The position numbers were made by a program, and so were the translations under genes. From NCBI GenBank assembly GCA_040754495.1, contig JBFMCO010000022.1:1-64000 (forward strand): a stretch of 64,000 nt of DNA, given 5' to 3'. Shown here in pieces: positions 17,894 through 29,100 of this stretch (positions are counted from its first letter, which is position 1; each line of letters begins with the position of its first letter). The notes beneath the pieces are model-generated. The model was not told the origin of the DNA, ran no database searches, and saw nothing but the letters and a program-made list of their open reading frames with translations. Source of the DNA: Candidatus Micrarchaeota archaeon. GTDB lineage: Archaea > Micrarchaeota > Micrarchaeia > Anstonellales > Bilamarchaeaceae.

Positions 17894-18547
17894 ATGCAGC
17901 TTAATGAAGACCTCGCCGAGGTCATAGGCGCTTTTATAGGAGATGGCTGCATAAGCTCGTATTACGAAGGGGAGAGAAGGAGAAGTGTCGTACTCTTTAC
18001 GGGAAATTGGAAAAACGACCGTGTGTATTATAGAAAGACGATAGTTCCGGCAATCAGAAAGGAATTCGGCGGGAAGAGGATTATATATCATAGGAAGGAC
18101 GATAACAGCCTCAGGTACGTGCTATGCGATAGAACGATCATAAGTTTCTTCCTTAAATCTGGCATGCCCGTGGGGGTCAAGGGAAACAAACTCAAAGTTC
18201 CGATTGAAATCCGGAAAAGCGAGAGGCTTGCCAAAGCGTGTATACGGGGAATTTTCAATACGGATGGAAGCATATACAGAAGATACTCCAAAAAATATTC
18301 GAATCACTCCGCCTGCTACAGGAACTACGCAGTGATTCAATTCAAGATGGAGAGCAGGAGTATCATTCGCTGGATAAAAACCAGTTTAGAGACGCATGGG
18401 ATCCGGGTAAATAGAATAATAAAAACCTCGAATTGCAGGGTAATAAGGATAACCAACCAGGATGGGGTCCGCCGATTTTACAAAGATATAGGGTTTACAC
18501 ACCCCTACCATGAGAGGAGATACCGCAAGATAACCGGAGTTGGCTGA
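17894..18547 (+). CDS. Free-standing double-motif LAGLIDADG homing endonuclease
   Basis: LAEVIGAFIGDG and CIRGIFNTDGS motifs; AT-richer than flanks. Confidence 0.88.
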   Translation: MQLNEDLAEVIGAFIGDGCISSYYEGERRRSVVLFTGNWKNDRVYYRKTIVPAIRKEFGGKRIIYHRKDDNSLRYVLCDRTIISFFLKSGMPVGVKGNKLKVPIEIRKSERLAKACIRGIFNTDGSIYRRYSKKYSNHSACYRNYAVIQFKMESRSIIRWIKTSLETHGIRVNRIIKTSNCRVIRITNQDGVRRFYKDIGFTHPYHERRYRKITGVG

Positions 18548-18570
18548 AGAGCGGACGGCTGTGATTAGAC

Positions 18571-18577
18571 TTTAAAA
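18571..18577 (+). promoter_or_regulatory. Archaeal TATA box for tRNA-Lys
   Basis: TTTAAAA about 30 nt upstream of 18607. Confidence 0.45.
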
Positions 18578-18606
18578 GGGGATGGGCCAAAGATTTATCC
18601 GTTTAT

Positions 18607-18772
18607 GGGCCCATAGCTCAGCTTGGTAGGGGGGCCGCTCTTATTATAAGAGAGGCCTCGCCGTAAGCGACGGACTCTTATCTTTTGGAAAGGCACTTAC
18701 AGCCCGTTTTGGGCCGCCTTTTCCCAAAAGGCGGAAATCCGTGTGTCGAGGGTTCAAATCCCTCTGGGCCCG
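18607..18772 (+). tRNA. tRNA-Lys(CTT) with two introns (22/23 at 18630-18665; 37/38 at 18681-18736)
   Basis: GGGCCCA/TGGGCCC acceptor, G73, ACGGA-CTCTTA|A-TCCGT arm, GAGGG-TTCAAAT-CCCTC; first intron forms a 3-4-3 BHB. Confidence 0.9.
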
Positions 18773-18773
18773 T

Positions 18774-18805
18774 CCCCTTTTTTAGTAAAAAAGGGGCCAA
18801 AAAAC
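18774..18805 (-). repeat. Hairpin-family copy immediately after tRNA-Lys (may double as terminator)
   Basis: CCCCTTTTTT-AGT-AAAAAAGGGG-CCAAAAAAC; reverse complement fits GTTTTGG-CC..CTTTT-NNN-AAAAG consensus. Confidence 0.55.
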
Positions 18806-18886
18806 TAATTGTTTGTCAACCCCCCGTGGTTACCATTTATCCAAAAAATCCAGCGGATTAAAAACGCGATTAGCGATAAAATATTC

Positions 18887-19777
18887 ATGTCACAGCCCCT
18901 GCAGAAGCCCGCGCAAGAGCACCAGCGCCTCCAGACCACTCCCCGCATCCGCAGGCCTCCTTTCGTGATGTGCAGGGACATCGAGCAGGTGAGGGAGGTG
19001 CTGAGGATTTACGGCGCGATGGAGATGCACCTGATGATGTCCGGAATCCTGGAGAACAGGAAGGAGATCGGGAGCCTCATGTATGCTTATGACGAGACTT
19101 CGAGGCAGGCGCTCGCGCGCGCCCCGCCGATGGTGGTGAGGGTCCCGCAGGGCCTTCTGGACCAGCTTGCGATAGCCGGGGGCGCGAGCGGTGCCTACGT
19201 CCCGGGGACCAATATCGTCCTCGTGTCATCGTCGCCGGCCCGTTTCCCGGACGGGACGCCGCAGAGGGTGGAGGACATAATAACCCACGAGACTCTCCAC
19301 TATCTCGACTATCTCCTTCATGCCAATCGCATGGCCTTCAGGAGCCGGGGGCGGCTTGTGAATCCGGAGCCGCCGAGATTCTTCGACGAGGGAGCGACCA
19401 ACTATGCTGCCCTCCAGGTCGTCAGCGGGATGCATCTGCCCGGAAACCGGGAAGCACCTGCCAACTACGCATATCCGACGGCAGTGATGGTGGCAATCGA
19501 GATGCTCGCAGGCATCGAAAGGCTGGCTCCGGCCATGCAGAGCGGCAACTGGGAGCATGTGCAGCAGGCAATCGACCAGAAGCTCGGCCAGGGCAGCTTC
19601 GAGCGGATACTGGATTGCGGCAACGGCGCGGAAGCCATCGGGCTCATACTGGAACTGGATAACGGCCAGCCCCCCTTTATAGACAGGCAGCTTCTCGAGC
19701 GGCATCCGGTCATGAGGAGGGCGAGGCGCGGAATCGAGGCCATGAGGCCGCCGTCCATGGCGGGCCAGGAGATATGA
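18887..19777 (+). CDS. Zincin-like metallopeptidase
   Basis: HETLH plus downstream FDEGATNY third-ligand motif; start MSQPLQKPA. Confidence 0.75.
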   Translation: MSQPLQKPAQEHQRLQTTPRIRRPPFVMCRDIEQVREVLRIYGAMEMHLMMSGILENRKEIGSLMYAYDETSRQALARAPPMVVRVPQGLLDQLAIAGGASGAYVPGTNIVLVSSSPARFPDGTPQRVEDIITHETLHYLDYLLHANRMAFRSRGRLVNPEPPRFFDEGATNYAALQVVSGMHLPGNREAPANYAYPTAVMVAIEMLAGIERLAPAMQSGNWEHVQQAIDQKLGQGSFERILDCGNGAEAIGLILELDNGQPPFIDRQLLERHPVMRRARRGIEAMRPPSMAGQEI

Positions 19778-19848
19778 ATCGACCGGCGGTTCGCTAGCCA
19801 TAAAAAGCGTCTCCTGCATATCCATTCGCCGCTCCGGGTGCGAACTAC

Positions 19849-20178
19849 ATGGCGAAGGAAAAAATCGACTGGTCACAGCCCCCCAACCCGTCACTGCCGT
19901 TTATCAGCCCGGAGAACATAGGCGAGGTCGAGAAGGAGGCGCTGGCGATGGCCAACAAGGCTATTTCTCTCCTTGAGCAGGCGATAGCAGCCTGGGACAA
20001 CGCTAAGGACAAGCCGCCTGAGCTGAAAGGGACGATTCAGAGGTACAGGCGGTTCCACGAGGCGCTGAGCGACTGGGAGAAAAGGATGCTGCAGTCCCTG
20101 GGGAAGGCGGATTTCAATGCCCGGGTGAGGATGCTCGAGGAGTTCGTGAGGATAAGCAGGGCATACGAGGGTAACTGA
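19849..20178 (+). CDS. Small helical-hairpin hypothetical protein
   Basis: 109 aa amphipathic helices; its TGA overlaps the ATG of the giant ORF (TGATG). Confidence 0.7.
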   Translation: MAKEKIDWSQPPNPSLPFISPENIGEVEKEALAMANKAISLLEQAIAAWDNAKDKPPELKGTIQRYRRFHEALSDWEKRMLQSLGKADFNARVRMLEEFVRISRAYEGN

Positions 20179-23100
20179 TGGGCCAGAAACCTGCGGAGAG
20201 GCAGCCCGAGGTGCGGGACGAAGGAGTCAGGGTCGCCCAGCCGCAGGTCCCGATGGTTCCGAGGGAACAGCCGCGCGGCGGCGCGAATGAAGCAGCCGCA
20301 AATGCCGCGACCGGCCTCGGCGTTATGGGCAAGTTCGCCGCGGTTCTCGATTTCATAATAGCAGACCCCAGCAGGGCCGAGGGGAGGCTCGCTGAATTCA
20401 GCCGGCGCCTGGAGCCGTACCGGGCGGATTATCCCGAGGAGACGCGCATCGCCCTCGGCCTTTTCGGCGCCGCGTCACGAATGTACAGGGAAGCGCAGGA
20501 CGCGCGGGCCCATGGAGACACGCAGCGCGCGCAGGAGCTGGAGGATTCCGCGAGGGCCCATTTCAGGGAGGGCATGGCGAAGGCCGGCTCCGTTCCCGGC
20601 ATGGCGCAGGACATACACAGCCTGGCGGGTGCGGGAGCGTCGCCGGAATGGATTGAATCGCGCAAGGCGGCTTTCAACGACGTGGGGCTCGGGACGTGGA
20701 ACAGGGCTATCGCCATCGACCAGGCGGTGGAGTGGCGGGTGAAGAACGACGCGATAATAGATGCCGGAGGCCCGGCTGCGCGGGAAGCAGAGGCCAGGAT
20801 GCGCGATGAGGCAGTGAGGCTGGCCGAGGGCTCGAGGCAGGGCCAGGCCTTCAGCGAGCAGGATTATCAGGACACGATGAGGCGCTTTTCGGAGGCTTCC
20901 GCGCCTGTCACCGCCCTCGCAGCGCACATCCACGGGGCGGCCGCGCTGTTCCACCAGGCCGCGATGAGGCAGGGCGTAAGCGAGCAGTACACGAAGGCGA
21001 TGGAGGACCTGAAGAAGGAATTCGACAAGCTGCTCAAGAAGCTCGAGGAAGGGACCGCGACGAAGGAGGACGTGGAGAAGGCGAAGGAGCTGGCCGATGC
21101 AGTGAAGGCCGCTGAAACCGACCTAGAAGGGCTCTCGGGCGATGATGCAGTTACAGTCAGCGGAATCCATGCCCGCGGGCTCAGCGCCCTCAGGCAGGGG
21201 AAGGGAGAGATGGCGAGGGTGCAGCGCCAGCTCGCAAGGGAATACGCTAAAACGAAGGACCCCGGGATGAGGAAGAAGCTCGAGAGATGGAGCGCTGACC
21301 TCGCCAAGGGAAAGGCGCCGGAGGCCGAGTTGGAGAGGTGGCTGGAAGCGCAGAGGCCGGCGGAGTTCCGTGCGCTGACGACCGAAAACATAAAACGCGA
21401 AACCGCAGAAAGGGCGGGCCTGCTGCGGGAGAAGGGGTACGAGCGCAGCCATCCGCGCGAAACGAAAAGGATAGCTGAGCTGGACCGGGAAGCGGCCAAG
21501 GCGCTCGAAGAAGCGAAGGCATTGAGAAAAAGAGGCGACCTGGACGGCGCGGGGAAGCTCGAGGCGAAAGCGTTCAGGCTGCTTCGGGAGGCGAGGGCGA
21601 AAGTCCTCTGGCTCGAGCGGCTCGACAGGTTCCAGGCAAGGCTGGCCGGCATTAAGGAGCCTCCGGAAATGAAGAAGGCCGCGGAGGAGGTTTCGAAAGC
21701 GCTGGGCGGTGCATTCAATTTCATAGGGACGCAGGACGGGTGGCGGGCGAGGCTGGCATTCATCGCAGCGGACGTGTTCATCCGCTATGGCAAGGTTCTC
21801 CAGAGCAAGCCCGCGGCGCCGCTCCTCAAGGGCATCCTCAGCATCGTGGGCATCCTCTCGGACCCGAGGAAGAAGGTGGACGAGAAGAGGGCGCAGGAGG
21901 AGGTCGGAAGGCTGGAGCCGAAGGCGCTCTCTGCAGAGCTTGGCGGCCTCAAGGGCAAGGTCGATGACAAGGCGCATTCCAAGCTGACGGACGCGGTGAA
22001 GGCGGCATCAGGCTTCATAGGCACGAACCAGCAGTGGAGGGCAGCGTATCTCCTCAGGGGCGTGAAATTCTTCCTTGACAACCGGGAGAAGATTGGCACG
22101 CGGGGGAAGCTCTTCGAGGGCATCATGGGATTCCTCGGCAGGCTCGCCGACCCGAAGGGGGAGATAGGGGAAGAGGAGGCGAAGAGGGAGTTCGCGCGCA
22201 TCACCGGGATACCTGCGGAAGCGCCGGCGCAGGCAGGCGGAAGACGGGAGGCGGCACTTACGGTAGCCGGCCTCAAGCAGGCCGGGGAAGGGTTCGAGAA
22301 GCGCCTCCGCGCCATACCAGGCCACGAGGAGCAGGTGCGCTCCATAACCGAAACAGTGAAGCTCGCCGGGGAGGAGTTCAGGGCTGGCAATGTGAAGAAG
22401 GCGCAGGAGCTCCTCGCGCTCGCGGAGAAGAAGGCCGCCGCCCTGGAAGGCGTAGTGGAGAGGGAAAAGAGGATAGACGCCTCAGGCGCGCCCGAGGAGG
22501 CGAGGGAGAAGCTGAAGAAGGCCGGCCTCGCGGCATTCAACGACTTGGGAAAGCAGAGCGGGGGAAGATTCGACACGGTAGTGAAGGCCACGGACCTGTT
22601 CCTGGGGGGGATGGAGCGGAAACTCTGGCTCCAGCCCGGCGGGGAGACGGCGGCCCTGAAGCTGCTCGATTTCATCGGCAGGCTGGGCGAAGGCGCGCTG
22701 CAGGGGCTGGAATTCGACTCCCAGGCCGCCGAATCCGAGCTGTCTGATATATCGGCGCAGGCCGGGGAACTGTGGAAGGCGATGCTCGGCGCGTCCATCA
22801 CCGAATGGCTCAGGCTGATAGAGGGATGGCGCACGATGGGCGGGCTCGGCACGGCGAACGCGAAATTCCTGGACGACCTGGCAGAAAGCTACAGGGCGCT
22901 GCAGAAGCGGCTCGAGGAGGGCGCGAAGGCTGAGGACATCGAGCAGGAGGCATCGGCCCTCGAGGCGAGGGCGGAGCACGCGAAAAAAATCGGGGAGGAG
23001 CTCGAGGAAAGGGAGCGGGCGGTTGCGGTCTTCAGGGGGGACGTCGAGGACTTCAAGGCTGATACCGCTGCGTTCCGGGCATCCGAGCGGTTCAAAAAAT

Positions 23101-26100
23101 ACGCGGCCGATGCCGAGCCGTACGTGAAAAAGGCCGAGGAGTGGGAGGAGAAAGCGGCGACGTTCATGGCGGAAGCCGAGAAGCTGGAGGGCGACGCCAA
23201 GGCCGAGATGATAAAGAGGGCCGCTGATGCAGTGAAGCGCTCTGAGGAGCTGCTCGGCCACGCAGGGAAGATAATCGGGCTGCGGGAGGCCGGAGCGTCC
23301 GATGAGGTCGTTTCCGCGTACAGGAAGGCGGCGAATTCGTACATCGCAGTCTTCGAGCCGGCGCCGCCGGGGCTTGCAGGCGAGGCGCAGATATTTCCGG
23401 ACGACGTTCTCGCCTACGCGGCAATCGTGTTCTCTGCAGCCGACAGCTACCTGTTCTTCAGGAAGCACGGGAGGGCCGAGGCGGAGAAGCGCGCCGAGAG
23501 GCTGGTTCTGGGCACGACCTTCGCCTCCCGCATCGCGGATGCAGAAGCCGAGCTCAGGGGGCTGGACGGCGAGATGGAGTATGCCGAGGCTATTGACAGC
23601 GACACTGCGGCAAGGAAGCAGAAGCTCATGGATTCCGCGACCGAACTCCGTGGCGACAAGAGGAAAGTCCCCAAGCCCCGCGAAGGCAGCGCGGAGTGGT
23701 ACGGGCAGATGGCCCTCGATGCCTTGGAGCGGGGGGACTTCGCGGTTGCCGACCTGGCGGTGTATCGCGGCATGTTCGAGAAAGTGGCGCCTGGGGGCGG
23801 CAGGAACTACGTCCCGGAAGACATTGAGCGGGACATAAGCGCGGTGCTCAGGGGAGAGAAGGTGCCGGCCGCCGGGGAACTGGACAGATACCTGACGCTC
23901 ATAGATTCTGCTTCGCTGACCGCGCAAGCTGACCTGCTGAAAAGGGACAACCCGGTTTCCGGCTCCGCGGAGGAGAGGGAGAGGAAGCAGAGGGTGCACA
24001 AGCTCGCTGAAGAAATAAAGAGGAGGGCGGACGCGCACGATTTCGCGGGAGCGGAAAGGCTCCTTGAGATGGCGACGGTCTATACCGGCCTCGCAAGGGA
24101 CAAGAAGTGGAAGGCGTTTGCCGGCGCGGACAGGATGGAGGCGGCCCTCGATGCCGAGCTTGCGGGCGGCGACCATTCCGGAGAGTTCCAGGCAGCGGTC
24201 GTGTACCAGAAGGCGAGCGAGGAGACGGCCTCGTTCCGCGCCTCGCTCGCGGATTGGGGAGCAGGGCTTGCAGAAAACAAAAAGCTCGTGGAGAGGGGCC
24301 TCCTGCGCGTGGAGCAGCTTGTCTCCGAAGGAAAGACCGAGGAGGCGGGCGCGCTCTTTGGTCAGCTCATGCTCTATGCCGGCGCGGTGAGGACCTTTGC
24401 CGCCCCGAAGAAAAGGGATGTGATACCCGGATTCGACCCGGCATATGACAGCTCGAAGCTCGGAGGAATGGGCCTCGCGCTCGACGCGCTGATAAAGGGA
24501 GAGGCGGAGGTCGGCGGGAAGAAGCCGGAGGAGGTGTTCTCGCAGAGCTTCTTGGAGACGCAGAGGGAGTATCTCAACAAGAGGGCGGACGCGTATCTCA
24601 GGCTTTCAGAGAAAATGCCTGTCGGCGCGGAAACGGTCGGGCAGGGGCTTGCCGAGGTACGGAGAAGGGCTGCGGAAGGGGACTTCGAGGGGGCACTGCG
24701 CCTGCTTGAGATGGCCGGCAACTACTACGGCGAGGCAGCCCCCGGCAAGCAGGCCGGGTGGAGATACAGGGATGCGACAAGGAAAGGGCCGGGCTACGAG
24801 AGGGGCAGGCAGGACATGCTGAACGCCATAAGCATGGAGATTGCGGCCAAGGACCCGGCGGACCATGACGAAGCTCTGGAGACGTTCAACAGCGGCAGTC
24901 AGAGAATATCTGTTGCAAAGGCCGCCATCGAGCGCTACGAAATCGTGGAGCGTAATATCTACAACGCCCTTCCGACAGCGGTGATAGACGAATGGGACCA
25001 CCACGGCACGATTGCGCTGCGGGGGGAACCTACACCCGAAAACGAGGAAGGGCCGGTGCTGGGCCGCGTAAGCATGGAAAAGATACGCAGGTACGAGAGC
25101 GAGCACCCCGATGATACGGCTCTCGGGGGAGGTCTGAGTCTCAAGACACTCCTTACGAAAATGAAAAAAGCGGCCGAAGAAGGGGACGACGAGGCATTCA
25201 GGAAATACGAGAAGGCGTTCTTCTCAAGGCTATACCTGGTCGCTGGACGCATCTTGAGGCGGGAGCAGCTCGAGGAGAACAGGCAGGAGGTAAAAAAGTA
25301 CATAGAGGTCCTCGAAGGCTTCACGGCGGCCATTACAATCGACCAGCTTGTGCCTTACGGATGGCTGGAAGGGGACGATGAAAGGCTGAAGAAGGTCACG
25401 GCTCTTGAAAAACAGCTTAAAAATAACGAGATAAGCAAGGCGGAGTTCGAGAGCAAGCTGAACGTGATTCTTTCCGAGCGCCTGCAGATGATAGAGCAGA
25501 ACAAGTTCACGGACAAGGTCCCGGGGCCCATGAGGGAAACGGTCCGGCAGCTGGCGCCGAGGGCGAAGGCGTTGCTAGAGAGAGCCCGGGGCCTTTATGG
25601 CAAGCTCGAAAAGATGGACAACAACAGCAGTGAATTCCCGCTCGAGGAATACAAGCAGGTCGTAAAGGACTTGAGCGCGCTGACGGAGGAGTACCAGACA
25701 CAGAGGAAGATTTCGGTCGCCTATTCACATATCGACCAGCAGCTCCAGATGAATAAGAGCTACCATGAGGCCATCGCCGGAGAGGGCGCGTTAGCCTCGG
25801 ATTACCCAGACGCTTATGGGAGGGCGGTCAAGTTCCTCGGCTTCTCGAACGGACATTTCAAAAAAGCCCAGGAGCTTCTCCTTAAAGGAGAGTTCAAACA
25901 GGCAGGCGCGGAGTTCGAGCGCGGTATAAACCGCCGCGAGTGGGCGCTGATGGAGGCCGACCCGAACGTGCTCTTCGGCCAGGCGAATACCTACCTTGGA
26001 AACCTCCCGATAAGCATGCTGACAGGAGTGCCCATCATCCCGGAATCCACGACAGCGATGGACGAGGTCAGCATGATCAAGCACAGGCCGGGCTGGGGCG

Positions 26101-29100
26101 TGCTGAAATTAGCCGCAAGGGGGAGGGGGGAGGACCCGTACAAGTATACGTACGGGTGGGCCAAGCAGCAGATGGAGAACGACCAGGACGTCAACCTTGG
26201 CAATCCGGCGAGGCCGGACTATGTGAAAGACCCCCAGCAGAGCTGGGCTTACTATAATTACAGCCCCATCACCGAGTACGGCGCCGACTTCATGGGCTAC
26301 GAGGAGCTTGGAGGGCGGCTATGGAACTCGGTCCTTGAGGGAGATGGCAGGAAAGTCCAAAGATACCAGAAGCAGATGCTGGTGATGGAAGCCTCGGTTT
26401 TCTATATCCCGGTAGATACCTTCATAGACGGGATAAACTCCAAGATTACATACAAGGACTGGCAAAAGAGGATACACTTCCAAGCCATGTATAACGGCGA
26501 CCTCGCGTATGATGAGCTGTTTGGCGACTGGGGGCTCATGGACGCGAGGACCGGGGCCAAAATCGCAGAAGGCGTCGGGATGTTTGCGCTCTCCATCGCC
26601 ACGATGGGCCTCGGGAGCGTTGGTTTCGTCGTGGGCGGGGGGAAGATGCTATGGGATGCCATAGACGGGATACAGAAGGACCTCGCCAAGTACGGCGAGG
26701 TAACCACCATGTCCTGGGTCAACCTCGGCCTCACGGTCGTGGGACTCGGAGCGAGCGCAGCAGCAGGCAGGCTGGTGAAGGCGTCCCAGACGGCGATTGA
26801 AGCCGCAAAGCTTGGCGATGCTGCTAAATTCACCACGCAGGTGGCGCGCGCCGGGAGGTTCGCGACCGCGGCGAGGGTCGTCGCCTACACCGATATAACC
26901 GTCAACGTAATCGGCATGGTGCCGCAGTTCTATTACGGAATCAAGCTCATGGCGGAAGGGAAATACGCCGAAGGCACGCAACAGCTCGCTTTCGGCGCAT
27001 TCTCGGCCTTCATGGCGTACCATGGCGGTGTGCAGCAGCTACGCGGCATGAGGGGCCTGAAGACGGAAATCGCGAAGATGGGGGCGCTGAGAGAGGCGCA
27101 TGCCAAGGCCCCAGAGGTCTTTGCAAGCCTCTCTACTCCGGAGGGGATGTTCTCGTTCCTGCAGCGCGTCCGGGCGAGGGACCCGGTCTCGCTCGTCATC
27201 TATGACAACCTGCCGAAGCCCCAGCGCATACTTTTCGACGGGATGCTCGCTGACCGGAACGTCGTTTCCGCGCTCAAGAAAAACGATATCGGCTTGGCTA
27301 GGGGCGCCTTCGACAGCGGGCTCGAAACATTTAAGCAGCTATCCGACCTTGGCGGAACAAGGGCGCTCACGGACGCGGCGCATCTTGGCACGCAGGCCGG
27401 CCTCGAGCCGTTCATGAGAGACCTCCTGATACCTGAAAGCGCGACCGGCCCGCAGCGCACGCGGAGGGACGCGGCGTATGCGAGGCTGGGGGAGATGAAG
27501 AAGCGGCCCGAGACCGCAGAGGCCGCGGCCACCATAGAGACGCTGCTCAAGGACAAGGACGTGCAGAAAGGGAACGAAACAGGGGTTCTGAAGATAGGGT
27601 GGGCTGCCGACGAGATACGGAGCCAGCAGATGCAGACGATTAACAGATATACCGATTCAGTCGTGAGCGGCGAGCAGGCCCGCCTCGGATTATATTCGAG
27701 CGAAGGCGAAGCCGCGCGCGCGAACGCGAAAAGGATAGGGGATTCCTACCTTGCATATGCCAGGGCGAGGAGCGAGGGGAAGCCGTTCGACTGGGATTAT
27801 CACGCAAAACGGATGGGCATGGGGCCGGAGGATGCCAAAAAGCTGTTTGCGAAGCTGGATGCCGTGCCGGACGCGAGGACGGTAGCGGGAGTGATATCCA
27901 GGGAGGGCGTCCGCCAGGCAGTCCGGAATAGGGTGGCCCTTGACGGGCGCGCGATACTCGGGGACACGCCGCTTACCGAGCTCGCCGGCGAAGGGGCGCT
28001 GTTCTCAAGGTGGGGCGAACTCACCCCTGAAGACCTTTTCGGCATGGCGCTAAACAGGAGGGAGAGGGCTGCAGAGGAACTCGAAGGGGCGGGCAGGGAA
28101 ACGGATGGGAGGCTGGCCGCGGCAAAGAGGGAACGGGCGACCGCCCTCTCGCGCGAGGCCGATGCCCTAGATGCAGAGGTAAAAAGGCGGCAGGCGCCCG
28201 AGGAGGTATTGACGCCCGATTCACTCCGCAGCGGCGCAAAGGAGAAGTTCGGGCGGGCCCAGCGCCTGCGCAGCGAGGGAAGGGACGAGGAGGCATTCGC
28301 GCTTGAGAGCGAAGCGAGGCGGAGCATAGCGCTCGCGGCAGACCTGGAGAAGTTCGGCGAATACGGCATCGTCCGTGCGACCCCGGACGGGCAGTTCATA
28401 CACAGGGATTTCCCTGACAGGAGATTCACAAGGGCGGAGCTGGATGACGCTGCCATACTCGTGAGGGCCATCAGGAAGAGGGGCGTCCCGACCGACAAGC
28501 GCCTTCTGGCCATATACGACGCGCTGCCGAAAGAGGTCAAGAAGGATTACCGGGGCGGCGAGGACGCCCTGATGAAGTCCGTGCTCGATGTAATCTATTC
28601 ACGGAGGGGGCAGGCGGCCGAGGCGGCGGCTCCGGTGCTCCGCTCCGAGGAGCTGCCGGTCCCCTCAGACCCGGCCCTTGCCGCAGTGGCCGGCATGACG
28701 GTGCCCGGGACGAACCTCAGGTGGGGAGTGATACCTCCGGACCAGGTGCTTCAGTGGCAGGCGAAGGTCTATGAGGCTTACAAGGCCGCGTACGGGAAAA
28801 TCGGCCTCATCTACGACAGCCCGGAGGCGATGTTCGCGAAGAACCCAGAAGTCCTGGTCGCGACGGACGGCGAGGGGAGGATTGTCGCATTCACGATTCT
28901 GAAAAAGACCGCTTTCGGGACGAAGCTGTCCCTTGTCGGGGCGGTGCCTGACATCCCCGAGGGAAGGGCTGCCGCAAGGGCAATGATACAGGGCTTTCCA
29001 GCTCTCGAGGGTGCCTATATCACGGCACCGGGTGCTCCTGCGCATCTTGCAATCAAGGCCGGAGTGCCGGTCGTCCCTTACGATTCGGCAAGAATCATCC

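Noticed and set aside
17824-18606. LAGLIDADG gene lying inside an RNA intron
   Set aside because: Only 5-6-bp flank complementarity and no recognisable tRNA or rRNA exons on either side
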